Below, in pieces: positions 18,190-27,187 of a stretch of 64,000 bases of DNA. The stretch comes from Candidatus Jorgensenbacteria bacterium GW2011_GWA1_48_11. Lineage in GTDB: Bacteria; Patescibacteriota; Minisyncoccia; UBA6257; GWB1-50-10. The notes under the pieces are model-generated. The model was not told where the DNA came from. It did not search any database and worked only from the letters and a program-made list of their open reading frames with translations. Where the stretch lies: assembly GCA_001003475.1 (NCBI GenBank), contig LCPF01000001.1, forward strand, positions 101,910 through 165,909, read 5' to 3'. The first letter of the stretch is position 1. The number at the start of each line of letters is the position of its first letter. The translations under genes and the position numbers were made by a program.

Positions 18190-18625
18190 ACAACTGAATA
18201 AATTGAGGGTGATTGCGCCCAGCGCCGATTCCGCCGCGCGGGGGCGGGCTTTGATTTTCATTGAAGGCGAGCCCCGCCGCTTCCCGCCGGTCCTGGCTTG
18301 GGCGAGTGTTTTCGCTCTGATTATCCTTGTTTTTTCCGTTTCTTACCAAACGTTAATCTCCCCGGCCACTAATATTATCTCCGCTTCTTTAAACTCCGAC
18401 CAATTAAACCAGGAGTTTAATAATTTGAGCATTAACATCGAGCTCAAGGATATTTCTTACCGCCAAAACGTCAATCAAGCGATTGCTTCCGCCATCAGCG
18501 AAATTGAATCCAACGAAGCCCGGCATTTGAATCCGGATGTTTTAAAATCAGAAGAGCAAAACCTTAACATTAATTCCACAACCGACCCCCAGATAGACCA
18601 ATTGCTGAAAACTATAATTTTGTAA
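18161..18625 (+). CDS. Putative anti-sigma factor (single-pass membrane protein), overlapping the 3' end of the ECF sigma gene.
   Basis: 154 aa with a short cytoplasmic N-terminus, TM helix VLAWASVFALIILVFSV, and an extracytoplasmic Asn/Ser/Gln-rich domain. Assignment is from position and architecture only. Confidence 0.45.
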   Translation: MLTTQKDLIKQLNKLRVIAPSADSAARGRALIFIEGEPRRFPPVLAWASVFALIILVFSVSYQTLISPATNIISASLNSDQLNQEFNNLSINIELKDISYRQNVNQAIASAISEIESNEARHLNPDVLKSEEQNLNINSTTDPQIDQLLKTIIL

Positions 18626-18630
18626 AACCA

Positions 18631-19611
18631 ATGAAGAACTTCTTGATCGGGCTTCTCTTGATAAGCCTCAGTCAAATCTCTGTCGCCGAAGTTTCGGCCG
18701 CCCAAGACGGCCAAAGCGGCGTTCAGCAGGCTTTTACGGCCGTCCAAAACAGCATTGACGATTTGATCACGGCCAAAGACCAAGGCAGCGCCGATGACCT
18801 GGCCTTGCGTCTGCAAGCTTTTAAAAAAGTGATCGGTCTTTCGGTTTCCGAAACAAAAAACCTGAAAGTGAAGCTCTTGAGCGCGAATACGGACAACAAT
18901 AAAGACATCCAGGCCTGGCAGAAAAACATGACGGCGGCGCTGGATAGGGCCCTGAACTATTATGACGACCAGGGCCAGGAACTCGACCAAATCGACAACC
19001 TCGATCTTGAAACCATTAAAAACCTGGCTTCGGATTTCAAGGCTTGGCGCGACGAAAATTACCTGCCCATCGCCGACCAAATCAACAGTTTCGTCTTGAT
19101 CCAAGAAGAAAGAAATGCGATCAGTGTGGCTGAAAAGCGCGCCCAGAAAATCGGGATTGACATCAAAAATCTTCCGAAGGCAAAAAATTTCAGTCCCGGA
19201 ACGATGCTGGCCGACGCCAAAAACAAAATCAGCGAAAGCAAGAAGCTTAACGGCAAAGCTTACGACTTATTCCTAAGCCAGTTTGTAGAAATAAAAAGTT
19301 CGAGCACGGCGCCTGCCGCGCCCGATACCAAACCCGCCGCCACCTCGAGCATAGACGTCGGGAGCCTGACGCCCGTCACTTTGAACCCGGACAATGCTTC
19401 GAGCACCGTGAGCGATAACGCCAGTACGACCGCGGGTACAAACGCTTCGTCAAATGCCGCAAATACCGCCGCGAATGCTTCGAGCACCGAGGTGAGTCCT
19501 CCTCCGCCACCGTCAATAAAAGACCTGATCAAGGCCTCTTTGAACAAAATCAAAGACGCCTACCAAGTCTTTATTGAGATGAGCAATTCTGTGAGGAAAT
19601 TGCTCAGTTAA
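18631..19611 (+). CDS. Secreted protein with signal peptide and a low-complexity Ala/Ser/Thr/Asn C-terminal region, hypothetical.
   Basis: MKNFLIGLLLISLSQISVAEVSAAQ signal peptide; lies immediately downstream of the sigma/anti-sigma pair. Confidence 0.55.
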   Translation: MKNFLIGLLLISLSQISVAEVSAAQDGQSGVQQAFTAVQNSIDDLITAKDQGSADDLALRLQAFKKVIGLSVSETKNLKVKLLSANTDNNKDIQAWQKNMTAALDRALNYYDDQGQELDQIDNLDLETIKNLASDFKAWRDENYLPIADQINSFVLIQEERNAISVAEKRAQKIGIDIKNLPKAKNFSPGTMLADAKNKISESKKLNGKAYDLFLSQFVEIKSSSTAPAAPDTKPAATSSIDVGSLTPVTLNPDNASSTVSDNASTTAGTNASSNAANTAANASSTEVSPPPPPSIKDLIKASLNKIKDAYQVFIEMSNSVRKLLS

Positions 19612-19651
19612 CGAAAAACCCCTGATGTGAAGTCAGGGGTTTTTCGTTAAC
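19607..19651. terminator. Bidirectional intrinsic terminator: 19-bp perfect palindrome with G/C core stem cccctga/tcagggg flanked by A/T runs.
   Basis: gttaacgaaaaacccctgatgtgaagtcaggggtttttcgttaac, between convergent genes. Confidence 0.8.
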
Positions 19652-19674
19652 TATCTCTAGAGCTCTAAAGATAT

Positions 19675-19965
19675 TTATTTGACCGCTTCTTTCAAAACCT
19701 TACCGGCTCTGAATTTCGGCTTGGTTGAAGCGGCAATTTGAATGCGTTCGCCGGTTTTCGGATTAACACCCATGCGCGCTGCCCGCTTGACCACTTTAAA
19801 AGTGCCAAAACCGGCAACGGCGACTTCTTCACCGCGGCCCAAGGTTTTTACGATAGTGTCAAAGACCGCATCCACGGCCATTTCTGCCTGTTTTTTGGTT
19901 TCAATAGCGGCAGCTTTCATCACCGATTCCACAATACCAACTTTCTTCATGTTATTATTTTCCAA
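19675..19965 (-). CDS. hup: HU/IHF-family nucleoid-associated DNA-binding protein.
   Basis: GFGTFKVVKRAARMGVNPKTGERIQIAASTKPKFRAGKVLKEAV (HU arm motif). Two TATAAT boxes lie upstream. Start may be the internal Met 15 nt downstream. Confidence 0.85.
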   Translation of the reverse strand: MENNNMKKVGIVESVMKAAAIETKKQAEMAVDAVFDTIVKTLGRGEEVAVAGFGTFKVVKRAARMGVNPKTGERIQIAASTKPKFRAGKVLKEAVK

Positions 19966-20038
19966 GTAAATCTAAGTCTTCGACCTTTTAATTCGTTTTT
20001 ATTATAGCAAATTATAGCATATTTAGCCCGCCACCCGC

Positions 20039-21571
20039 CTAACGAGCGTATTCCACGGCCTTCACTTCCCTGATAACCGTCACTTTGATCTCGCCGGGGT
20101 ACTGAACCTCGGACTGGATCTTTGCGGCAATGTCCTTGGCCAAACGCAGGGCGCCGAAATCGTCGATTTTCTCGGGCGTGACGAACACCCGCACTTCCCG
20201 GCCGGCCGCGACGGCATAAGACTGCTTCACGCCTTCAAAACCGTTCACGACTTTCTCTATTTCCTCCAAGCGGCGCAAATATTTCTCCAGGGTATCGCGC
20301 CGGGCGCCGGGCCGAGCCGCCGAAATCGCGTCGGCCGCCGCCACGACGTAAGATTCGGGCGTGGCAAAAGGGTATTCGTCGTGATGAGCTTCCATCGCCT
20401 GAATCACTGATTCGGCAATGTTGTATTTCTTGAGGAGTTTTCGGCCGAGCTCAACGTGCGTTCCCTCGACTTCATGATCGATGGCTTTACCGATATCGTG
20501 GACCAGAGCGCCGCGTTTCGCCACGTCCACGTTCAAGCCCAACTCGCCGGCCATCATGCCGGCAATATGAGCCACCTCGACCGAATGCGTCAAAACGTTT
20601 TGGCCGTAACTTGTCCGGTAATTCAACCGACCCAAAAGCTGGATGATTTCTTTGGGCAGATCAAGAATACCCACTTCGTAAGCCGCTTCTTCGCCGATTT
20701 TTCTCACCCGGGCATCAAGCTCTTCACGAGCTTCTTCCACTTTCTCTTCGATCTTCGCCGGCTGAATCCGGCCGTCCTTAATTAATTTTTCCAAAGCGAT
20801 TTTCGCCAACTCCCGACGCATCGGATCGAAAGAAGACAAAAGGAGGCTTTCGGGCGTTTCGTCAATTATGACCTCAACGCCGGTCAGTCTTTCAAAAGCC
20901 CGAATATTCCGGCCTTCCCGGCCGATGATCTTGCCCTTAATTTCCTCGTCCGGTAGATTGACCACGCTTGTCGTCACGTCCGAAACCGAAGAGCGGGCGT
21001 AACGCTGGATGGCCGAAGTGATGATCTCGACGCTTTTCTTCTCGATTTTGTCCCTCTCTTCTCTTTCCAGGAAAGCCAGTTTCCGGCCCAAATCCTCGCG
21101 AGACTCTTCTTCCAATTCTTTGTAAAGCCTGGCTTTCGCTTCTTCTTTGGAGAGACCGGCTACTTTTTCCAGTTCCTTGACCGCTCTTTCTTGAGCCGCC
21201 CTCGCTTCCGTTTCGAGGCTCGTCAATTTCTCCAGTTCGGCTTTGTTTCTTTCTGATTCCCCCGCCAGATCCCGTCTTTCGGACTCCAATAAGTCTTCCT
21301 TTTTCAGAAGACGTTCCTCAAGCCGGCGCAACTCCTGCTTGCGCTCTTTTTCCTCTTTTTGGATATCGACCAGAATTGAGGCTGCTTTGTCCTGAGCCTC
21401 AAGAACGATGGTTTTAACCTTTTCCCTGGCCTCTTCCAGTTCTTTTTGGGCCTTACGCTCGGTCGAATCCTTTAACCTGAGAGCAAAACGCTGCCGCAGA
21501 TAATAACCCGCGGCCAACCCGATTAATATCCCTAACGCACCTATGAGCCAAACGCCAGAATTCGTGAACAT
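20039..21571 (-). CDS. rny: Ribonuclease Y (N-terminal TM anchor, coiled-coil, KH and HD domains).
   Basis: TM MFTNSGVWLIGALGILIGLAAGYYL, KH motif IIGREGRNIRAFERLTGV, HD motif HSVEVAHIAGMMAGELGLNVDVAKRGALVHDIGKA. Confidence 0.9.
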   Translation of the reverse strand: MFTNSGVWLIGALGILIGLAAGYYLRQRFALRLKDSTERKAQKELEEAREKVKTIVLEAQDKAASILVDIQKEEKERKQELRRLEERLLKKEDLLESERRDLAGESERNKAELEKLTSLETEARAAQERAVKELEKVAGLSKEEAKARLYKELEEESREDLGRKLAFLEREERDKIEKKSVEIITSAIQRYARSSVSDVTTSVVNLPDEEIKGKIIGREGRNIRAFERLTGVEVIIDETPESLLLSSFDPMRRELAKIALEKLIKDGRIQPAKIEEKVEEAREELDARVRKIGEEAAYEVGILDLPKEIIQLLGRLNYRTSYGQNVLTHSVEVAHIAGMMAGELGLNVDVAKRGALVHDIGKAIDHEVEGTHVELGRKLLKKYNIAESVIQAMEAHHDEYPFATPESYVVAAADAISAARPGARRDTLEKYLRRLEEIEKVVNGFEGVKQSYAVAAGREVRVFVTPEKIDDFGALRLAKDIAAKIQSEVQYPGEIKVTVIREVKAVEYAR

Positions 21572-21806
21572 GTTGATTTATGAATTTGTTTTTTGCCCCC
21601 TTCAAGAAACCAAAACAAGTCCTTTCCTTGGGAAAGATCCGTCGATTTTTCGAAAATTGACTGATGGAAGTAATGCTCATTACTTGCCGGATTTATTTCT
21701 GAATCGCGAAGAGGGTTGTTTCGACGTTTTAATGATTCGAATGAATGCATTTTAGCCCGGAACGCCGGCTTTGTAAAGGCGTTTTTTTGAGCTAAAATTA
21801 GGCTAT

Positions 21807-23354
21807 ATGAAGCGGACTTTCGTGCTCGTGATCCTGGACGGCTGGGGCCTTGGCCCCCAAAACGAATCCAATCCGATCTATAAGGTAAACCCCCAAGCGA
21901 TTCAATTCGTTCAGAATAATTTTCCAGCCGGCGCTCTTCAGGCGTCGGGCATTGCAGTGGGCCTTCCCTGGGAAGAGGAGGGTAATAGCGAAGTTGGCCA
22001 CCTCACCTTGGGCGCCGGCAAGGTTCTCTACCAATATTTCCCCCGCATCACGATGGCGATCGACGACGAAAGTTTTTTTAAAAATCCGGCCCTGCTTAAA
22101 GCTTTCGAAAAAGCCAAGACCAGTCAATCCGCCGTTCATTTGATCGGCATTTTAACCGACGGCAACGTCCATGCTTCCCTCAAGCACCTTTCCGCCCTGA
22201 TCGAAATGGCCAAACGGGAGAATTGCCAAAAATTATACCTCCAGCTCTTTGCTGACGGCAAAGACAGCTCGCCCCGCTCGGCCCTGAGCCTTATTCAAAA
22301 ACTGAACGCCGAGATCCAAAAGAAGGGCGTGGGCGTCCTCGCAAGCTTCACGGGCCGCTATTATGGCATGGATCGCGACAATCACTGGGACCGAACCGAA
22401 ACCGCCTACCGGGCTCTATTGGGTGAAGCGCCGGACAAAAGCTCGGCCGAAGAAGCCCTCAAAAAAGTCTTTGATCGGAATTTAAGCGAGGAATTCACGG
22501 CGCCGACGATTGTCGCTTCTCACCCGATCCAAGACAATGATTCCTTGATTTTTTTCAATTTCCGGGAAGATAGCATCCGTCAAATCGCCGAACCGTTCAT
22601 TCTGCCCGGCTTTAAAAAATTTCCAATCGTTCTCCCAAAAAATCTCTTCGTCGCGACCATGACCGAATATCGCGAGGATTTCAAAGTGCCGATCGCTTTC
22701 CCCCGGGAGACTATCGAAAAACCTTTGGGTTGGGCCTTGGCCGAAAATCAGAAAACCCAGCTTCGCATTGCCGAGACCGATAAATACGCCCACGTCACTT
22801 ATTTCTTTAACGGCTTGAGGGAAACGCCCTTCCCGAACGAATACCGAATTCTAATCCCCTCAAAAAGTACCATCCACCTGGATGATTATCCGGAAATGAT
22901 GGCCTCGGCCATTACCGACCGGATTTTGGTCGCCTTAAACGACGGCGGATTTGATTTTATTTTGGCGAACTACGCCAACCCCGACCTCGTTGCCCATACC
23001 GGCAATTTCGAAGCGACAGCGAAAGCAGTGAGGGCGGTGGACCGGGAAATAGAAAGGCTTGTTAAAAACGTTCTCGCGCAGAATCACGTAGCAATAATCA
23101 CCTCCGATCACGGCAATGCCGAGGAACTGATCGACCTCAAGACCGGCGAACCGGAAACAAAACACGACACGAACCCCATCCCGTTCTACCTGGTAGCCAA
23201 AGAATTCCAAAAAACCAATCCAATCGAAAGCAGTACCGGACGCTTACCGGTGATCGGCATGCTATCGGACGTAGCCCCGACCATTTTATCTCTGATGAGA
23301 CTGCCGATTCCGAAAGAAATGACCGGCCAAAACCTGCTTGACCAGCTGATTTAA
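21807..23354 (+). CDS. gpmI: 2,3-bisphosphoglycerate-independent phosphoglycerate mutase.
   Basis: 515 aa with N-terminus VLVILDGWG and the metalloenzyme/alkaline-phosphatase-like motifs ITSDHGN... Confidence 0.9.
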   Translation: MKRTFVLVILDGWGLGPQNESNPIYKVNPQAIQFVQNNFPAGALQASGIAVGLPWEEEGNSEVGHLTLGAGKVLYQYFPRITMAIDDESFFKNPALLKAFEKAKTSQSAVHLIGILTDGNVHASLKHLSALIEMAKRENCQKLYLQLFADGKDSSPRSALSLIQKLNAEIQKKGVGVLASFTGRYYGMDRDNHWDRTETAYRALLGEAPDKSSAEEALKKVFDRNLSEEFTAPTIVASHPIQDNDSLIFFNFREDSIRQIAEPFILPGFKKFPIVLPKNLFVATMTEYREDFKVPIAFPRETIEKPLGWALAENQKTQLRIAETDKYAHVTYFFNGLRETPFPNEYRILIPSKSTIHLDDYPEMMASAITDRILVALNDGGFDFILANYANPDLVAHTGNFEATAKAVRAVDREIERLVKNVLAQNHVAIITSDHGNAEELIDLKTGEPETKHDTNPIPFYLVAKEFQKTNPIESSTGRLPVIGMLSDVAPTILSLMRLPIPKEMTGQNLLDQLI

Positions 23355-23461
23355 AACCCTCACAGGTTATCCACCATGCCCTTGACACGGCTTTGTATCT
23401 GACTATTATTGAAATTACTCTAAAACAGAGAGGGAAGTTCTTTAACAACGGACGTATCTGG

Positions 23462-23862
23462 TCGTAAGGCAGAGAGCGCACTCAAGCCCGGCAGGGAAAC
23501 CTGTTTCGGTTCAGAGTCGCGATCTAGGCCGTACCGCCAGTTCACTCGGGTATGCAAAGGCAGCTGCGCGCACACATCGGTAAAGGCGAATACACTGCGG
23601 GGTAGCGAGCGAGTTTGGGGAGACAATTCCTCTGCTCAGAGAAGGGGGTAAGCATCCCCTGCTCAAAATCCAACAGGATCCGCTGGGGATTAGGTCCTCG
23701 CGAGGACCTAGTAGTGCCCACCGTGCGAATGGCCACGCACGCTCGCCCGCCCACACCCGAGTTGAAATACCAGGCCGCGGTTGGCTGGTCGTGCCGAGCA
23801 AGGCTGGACTGTAGCTCCAGATCCCCTACTCGGCGCGGTCAGTCAACCGCGCCTGCCGCCCC
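23462..23862 (-). ncRNA. rnpB: RNase P RNA (bacterial type A-like), reduced.
   Basis: Minus-strand reading shows conserved RNase P blocks CACGACCAG...CAACCGC, GGUACGGCC...CUGAACC, ACAGUCCAGCC (P4-like), CCGGGCUUGAG, plus a P1-type pairing GGCAGGCGC/GCGCUCUCUGCC. The region is about 60% GC, highly structured, and is covered only by mutually overlapping spurious ORFs in the track. Confidence 0.55.
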
Positions 23863-23904
23863 CCCGCTTTGCGGGGGGTTTTCACAATCTGCTAAAATAA
23901 AAGC

Positions 23905-24270
23905 ATGAAATTCATCGGCCGATTCATTCTCCATGTCATCTCAAACAGCATTGCTATTTGGCTTGCCGCCAAATACATCGTTGGCTTTACCTTCAGCGGC
24001 ACCTTAACCGAACTTCTTGTTGTTGCTCTAGCCTTAACCTTGATCAATACGTTTATCCGGCCGTTTATCAAAATTGTCCTGGGACCTTTTGTTGTCCTCA
24101 CCTTCGGCCTTTTCACGATCGTGATCAATGCCGGCATGCTTTATTTGCTTGACATCTGGAGTCCGGCTCTTACAATACAAGGGTACGCAGCGCTCCTCTG
24201 GGCCACTATTTTAATCGGCCTCGTCAACTTCGTTGTCGGTCTTGGCGTAAAAACCCTCGAAAGCGAATAA
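23905..24270 (+). CDS. YvlD/Phage_holin_4_2-family small membrane protein.
   Basis: 121 aa with 4 TM helices and pattern IAIWLAAKYIVGF...LVVALALTLINTFIRPFIKIVLGPFVVLTFGLFTIVINAGMLYL, typical of this family. Confidence 0.6.
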   Translation: MKFIGRFILHVISNSIAIWLAAKYIVGFTFSGTLTELLVVALALTLINTFIRPFIKIVLGPFVVLTFGLFTIVINAGMLYLLDIWSPALTIQGYAALLWATILIGLVNFVVGLGVKTLESE

Positions 24271-24271
24271 A

Positions 24272-24490
24272 ATGCTTACTATCGCGCAAATAATCGTTTC
24301 CATAATCCTAATCGGTTTGGTTCTCGTTCAAGAACGTTCCTCCGGCCTTTCCGGCGTTTTCGGCGGCGCCGGCGGCACTCCCTATCAGACTCGACGGGGG
24401 CTTGAGAAAGGAATTTTTTGGGCCACCATCATCGCCGCGGCCGTCTTTGCAGCATTAGCCATTTATCATCTCCTTGTTTTTCAGATTTAA
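24272..24490 (+). CDS. secG: Preprotein translocase subunit SecG.
   Basis: 72 aa with two TM helices and a central Gly-rich loop SGLSGVFGGAGGTPYQT, typical of SecG. Confidence 0.65.
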   Translation: MLTIAQIIVSIILIGLVLVQERSSGLSGVFGGAGGTPYQTRRGLEKGIFWATIIAAAVFAALAIYHLLVFQI

Positions 24491-26093
24491 ACTAATTTTT
24501 CGGAATTTTTCCCGCAGGGAAAAATTATTTTTCTTTGTTCTGGGCGTAATTTTCATCGTGACGTCGGTGACGCGAGTTGTTTTGGCCGTGAGCGAAAACA
24601 GCGCTTTCGTGCCGGTCGCCGGCGGTTCTTACAAAGAAGGCGTGGTGGGTCAACCGATCGCCGTGAATCCCCTAATTTCCCAGAACCAACCCGATTTGGA
24701 CATAAGCGTCCTTGTTTACGCCAAACTCGCCGATCTCGTAACCGCGTACGACGAAAGCAAGGACGGCCGGGTTTACAGCCTGAAGCTTAAGGAGGGGATG
24801 AAATGGAGCGACAACGAGCCCCTGACCTCCGACGACGTTATTTTCACCATTCAAACGATTCAAGATCCCAGCACGAAATCGCCGCTCTCGAAAAACTGGC
24901 AAGGCGTGGTCGCGGAACGAATGAGCGAGCTCCAAATCCAGCTGAATCTGCCGGCGCCTTATGCTTTTTTTACGGACAACATCAACAGCCTTTTGGTTCT
25001 GCCCAAGCATATTTTCGGCGCGATTCCACCGGCCAATCTTACGCTTTCCGAATACAATTTGGAACCGATTGCGGGCGGCCCCTATCGTTTCAAAGAATTG
25101 ATCAAAAGAAAGGATGGTTTTATCACCGATTACGTTTTAACCGTGAACCCAAACTATCCCGGCGAGACGCCTTATATCAAAGATTTTTATTTTAAATTCT
25201 TTAGCGATACCAACAGCCTCATTGACGCCTTGAAGCTGCGGCAAATCAACGGTTACGGCAGTCTGACGCCCTTGCCGGCGGCCATGGAAAGCTTGAGCAA
25301 CGTTCAAATTGAAAGGATCCCCATGCCCCGCTATTATGCGATTTTCATGAACCAGAACGTGAACCCGAATCTTAAAAACGCCGGTCTGCGCAAGGCCCTT
25401 CTTGAAGCGGTTGATAAGGATCGGATCAATAGCGATGTTTTCGGCGGCAAGGCGAACGTCATCCAAGGCCCGCTTTTCGATTTGTCGACGACGACCGCCG
25501 ACGCTTCCCTGTCCCTTGACCTTGCCAATGCCAAAAACCTCGTGAGCAATTTCAAGAAAAACAACAAACTGACCTTGAACCTGGTTGTGCCCCAAATCGA
25601 CTTTCTCCAAAAAACCGCCGAGCTCATCAAAGAAGACTGGCTCGCGGCCGGCGTTGACGAAATCGACGTGACCACGCTTTCGCCCGACGATTTGATGAAC
25701 AACGTCGTGAAGGCCCGGAACTACGAACTTTTGCTTTTTGGGAACGCCCTTGAGAATCCTTCGGATCTTTTCCCTTTCTGGCATTCTTCGGGTCGGTTTT
25801 ATCCGGGCCTGAATCTCGCCCTTTACCAAAACTCAAAAACGGACAATTACCTTGAAGCCGTTCGCGAGACAAACGACCCGAACCAGATTCAAACCCATCT
25901 TAAAAATACCCTCAACCTGATCCGCGCCGACAACCCGGCTATTTTCCTTTTTTCCCTGCCCTATACTTACATTCACACGAACAATCTCTCCGGCTTCGCC
26001 TTCGCAAACAATGACCGGTTTTTAATCGCCCCGGCCGACCGCTTTCAAGGCGCCAATCAGTGGTCAGTTTCGATGGTTCGGGTTTTAAAATGA
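24474..26093 (+). CDS. Membrane-anchored solute-binding protein, family 5 (oligopeptide/dipeptide/nickel-type ABC substrate-binding fold).
   Basis: 539 aa with an N-terminal TM anchor. Segments such as VVGQPIAVNPL, KLKEGMKWSDNEPLTSDDVIFT and RYYAIFMNQN resemble SBP_bac_5. No cognate permease or ATPase is adjacent. Confidence 0.55.
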   Translation: MFFRFKLIFRNFSRREKLFFFVLGVIFIVTSVTRVVLAVSENSAFVPVAGGSYKEGVVGQPIAVNPLISQNQPDLDISVLVYAKLADLVTAYDESKDGRVYSLKLKEGMKWSDNEPLTSDDVIFTIQTIQDPSTKSPLSKNWQGVVAERMSELQIQLNLPAPYAFFTDNINSLLVLPKHIFGAIPPANLTLSEYNLEPIAGGPYRFKELIKRKDGFITDYVLTVNPNYPGETPYIKDFYFKFFSDTNSLIDALKLRQINGYGSLTPLPAAMESLSNVQIERIPMPRYYAIFMNQNVNPNLKNAGLRKALLEAVDKDRINSDVFGGKANVIQGPLFDLSTTTADASLSLDLANAKNLVSNFKKNNKLTLNLVVPQIDFLQKTAELIKEDWLAAGVDEIDVTTLSPDDLMNNVVKARNYELLLFGNALENPSDLFPFWHSSGRFYPGLNLALYQNSKTDNYLEAVRETNDPNQIQTHLKNTLNLIRADNPAIFLFSLPYTYIHTNNLSGFAFANNDRFLIAPADRFQGANQWSVSMVRVLK

Positions 26094-27079
26094 CCGTGGA
26101 ACGTTACGAAGAAAATATTTTAGCGTTCAATAAGCAGCTCGGCTTTTCGGGTCTTTCGGATTACAATCTCGGAAAATTAAAAAGCAGCCGAAAGCCGGAC
26201 GCCGTTATGATCTTAGGCATGGGCGGTTCGGGCTTGCCTCAAAACATTATCGCTAAACTCGGCCCTTCTCTCGGCCTCAGAACGGCGATCCTGGACTGGA
26301 AGGATTACGGCCTTAATCCTTATGCCGGTTTTTTCAAAAATCCCCTCTTTATTTTTATTTCTTTCTCGGGAAATACCGCCGAGGTTATTTCGGGATTGCA
26401 AAAACTCATCAAGGGCAAAAAAAAGAAATCAATAGCCGTCATTGCGGGCGGCGGCCAGATGCGGGGAATCGCAGAACGTTTTAATCTGCCGTTCGTCACC
26501 TATTCCGCCCGGGGCTTGACACCGAGAGAAGCGCTGGGTTACAATTACTACGCCTTAATCAAAGTGCTCCGCAGCGTTTTTCCGGGAATTAAAACCCGGA
26601 ACCTCTCAAAAAGAATAAAACCAACTGGTTTTAGAAACGCCGCGAAGAACCTCGCGAAACAAATAGGTTCGAGAATAACTCTCGTCTATACCGATTCTGC
26701 CCATTCCCACCTCGGCTACATTTGGAAAACGAACCTGAACGAAACCGCCAAACTGCCCGCTTTCAACAACGTTATCCCCGAATTCCTGCACAACGAAATT
26801 ACGGCTTTCGAAAACAAACATTATCCCTTCTTCGCTATTTTCCTGAGTGACCCGGCCGCTCCCGGAATCATTAAGGAAAAAACCGAGGTGGTCCGAAAAA
26901 TACTCACGACCGTCAAAATACCCAACGTCTCTCTGAAATTGGCCGGCCGCAACGAAGAGGAAAAAACCTGGAATTCGATAATTCTTTCCCATCTAACCGG
27001 TTTTTACCTCGCTAAAATAAATAAGATCAGCCCAACCCAGACTCGTCTTATTGACCAGCTTAAGCATTTAACAAAATAA
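26060..27079 (+). CDS. SIS-domain sugar-phosphate isomerase, probable bifunctional phosphoglucose/phosphomannose isomerase (archaeal-type PGI/PMI).
   Basis: Contains ILGMGGSGLPQNI and FISFSGNTAEV (SIS motifs). The true start may be the Met at 26090. Confidence 0.55.
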   Translation: MVSFDGSGFKMTVERYEENILAFNKQLGFSGLSDYNLGKLKSSRKPDAVMILGMGGSGLPQNIIAKLGPSLGLRTAILDWKDYGLNPYAGFFKNPLFIFISFSGNTAEVISGLQKLIKGKKKKSIAVIAGGGQMRGIAERFNLPFVTYSARGLTPREALGYNYYALIKVLRSVFPGIKTRNLSKRIKPTGFRNAAKNLAKQIGSRITLVYTDSAHSHLGYIWKTNLNETAKLPAFNNVIPEFLHNEITAFENKHYPFFAIFLSDPAAPGIIKEKTEVVRKILTTVKIPNVSLKLAGRNEEEKTWNSIILSHLTGFYLAKINKISPTQTRLIDQLKHLTK

Positions 27080-27087
27080 TGCCTCGC

Positions 27088-27169
27088 GGGCAGGTGGTGA
27101 AATTGGCAGACACGTACGGTTCAGAGCCGTATGCCGCAAGGCTTGAGGGTTCAAATCCCTCCCTGCCCA
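27088..27169 (+). tRNA. tRNA-Leu (anticodon CAG), type II with a long variable arm.
   Basis: GGGCAGGTGGTGAAATTGGCAGACACGTACGGTTCAGAGCCGTATGCCGCAAGGCTTGAGGGTTCAAATCCCTCCCTGCCCA. Confidence 0.8.
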
Positions 27170-27187
27170 CAGAAGAAAACAAATAAA

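Noticed and set aside
23355-23900. tmRNA as the identity of the structured RNA after gpmI.
   Set aside because: There is no tRNA-like 3' end or tag ORF here. The true tmRNA, with conserved 5' and 3' ends and an ALA-ending tag, is at 37132-37490 next to smpB.
23420-23908. Four overlapping ORFs (68-97 aa) on both strands after gpmI.
   Set aside because: The ORFs mutually overlap, lie in about 60% GC structured DNA and give Arg/Pro-rich translations. The region is better explained as RNase P RNA on the minus strand.
27131-27187. Upstream extension of the RNase J ORF (track start 27131).
   Set aside because: It overlaps tRNA-Leu(CAG) at 27088-27169. The start was moved to Met at 27188.
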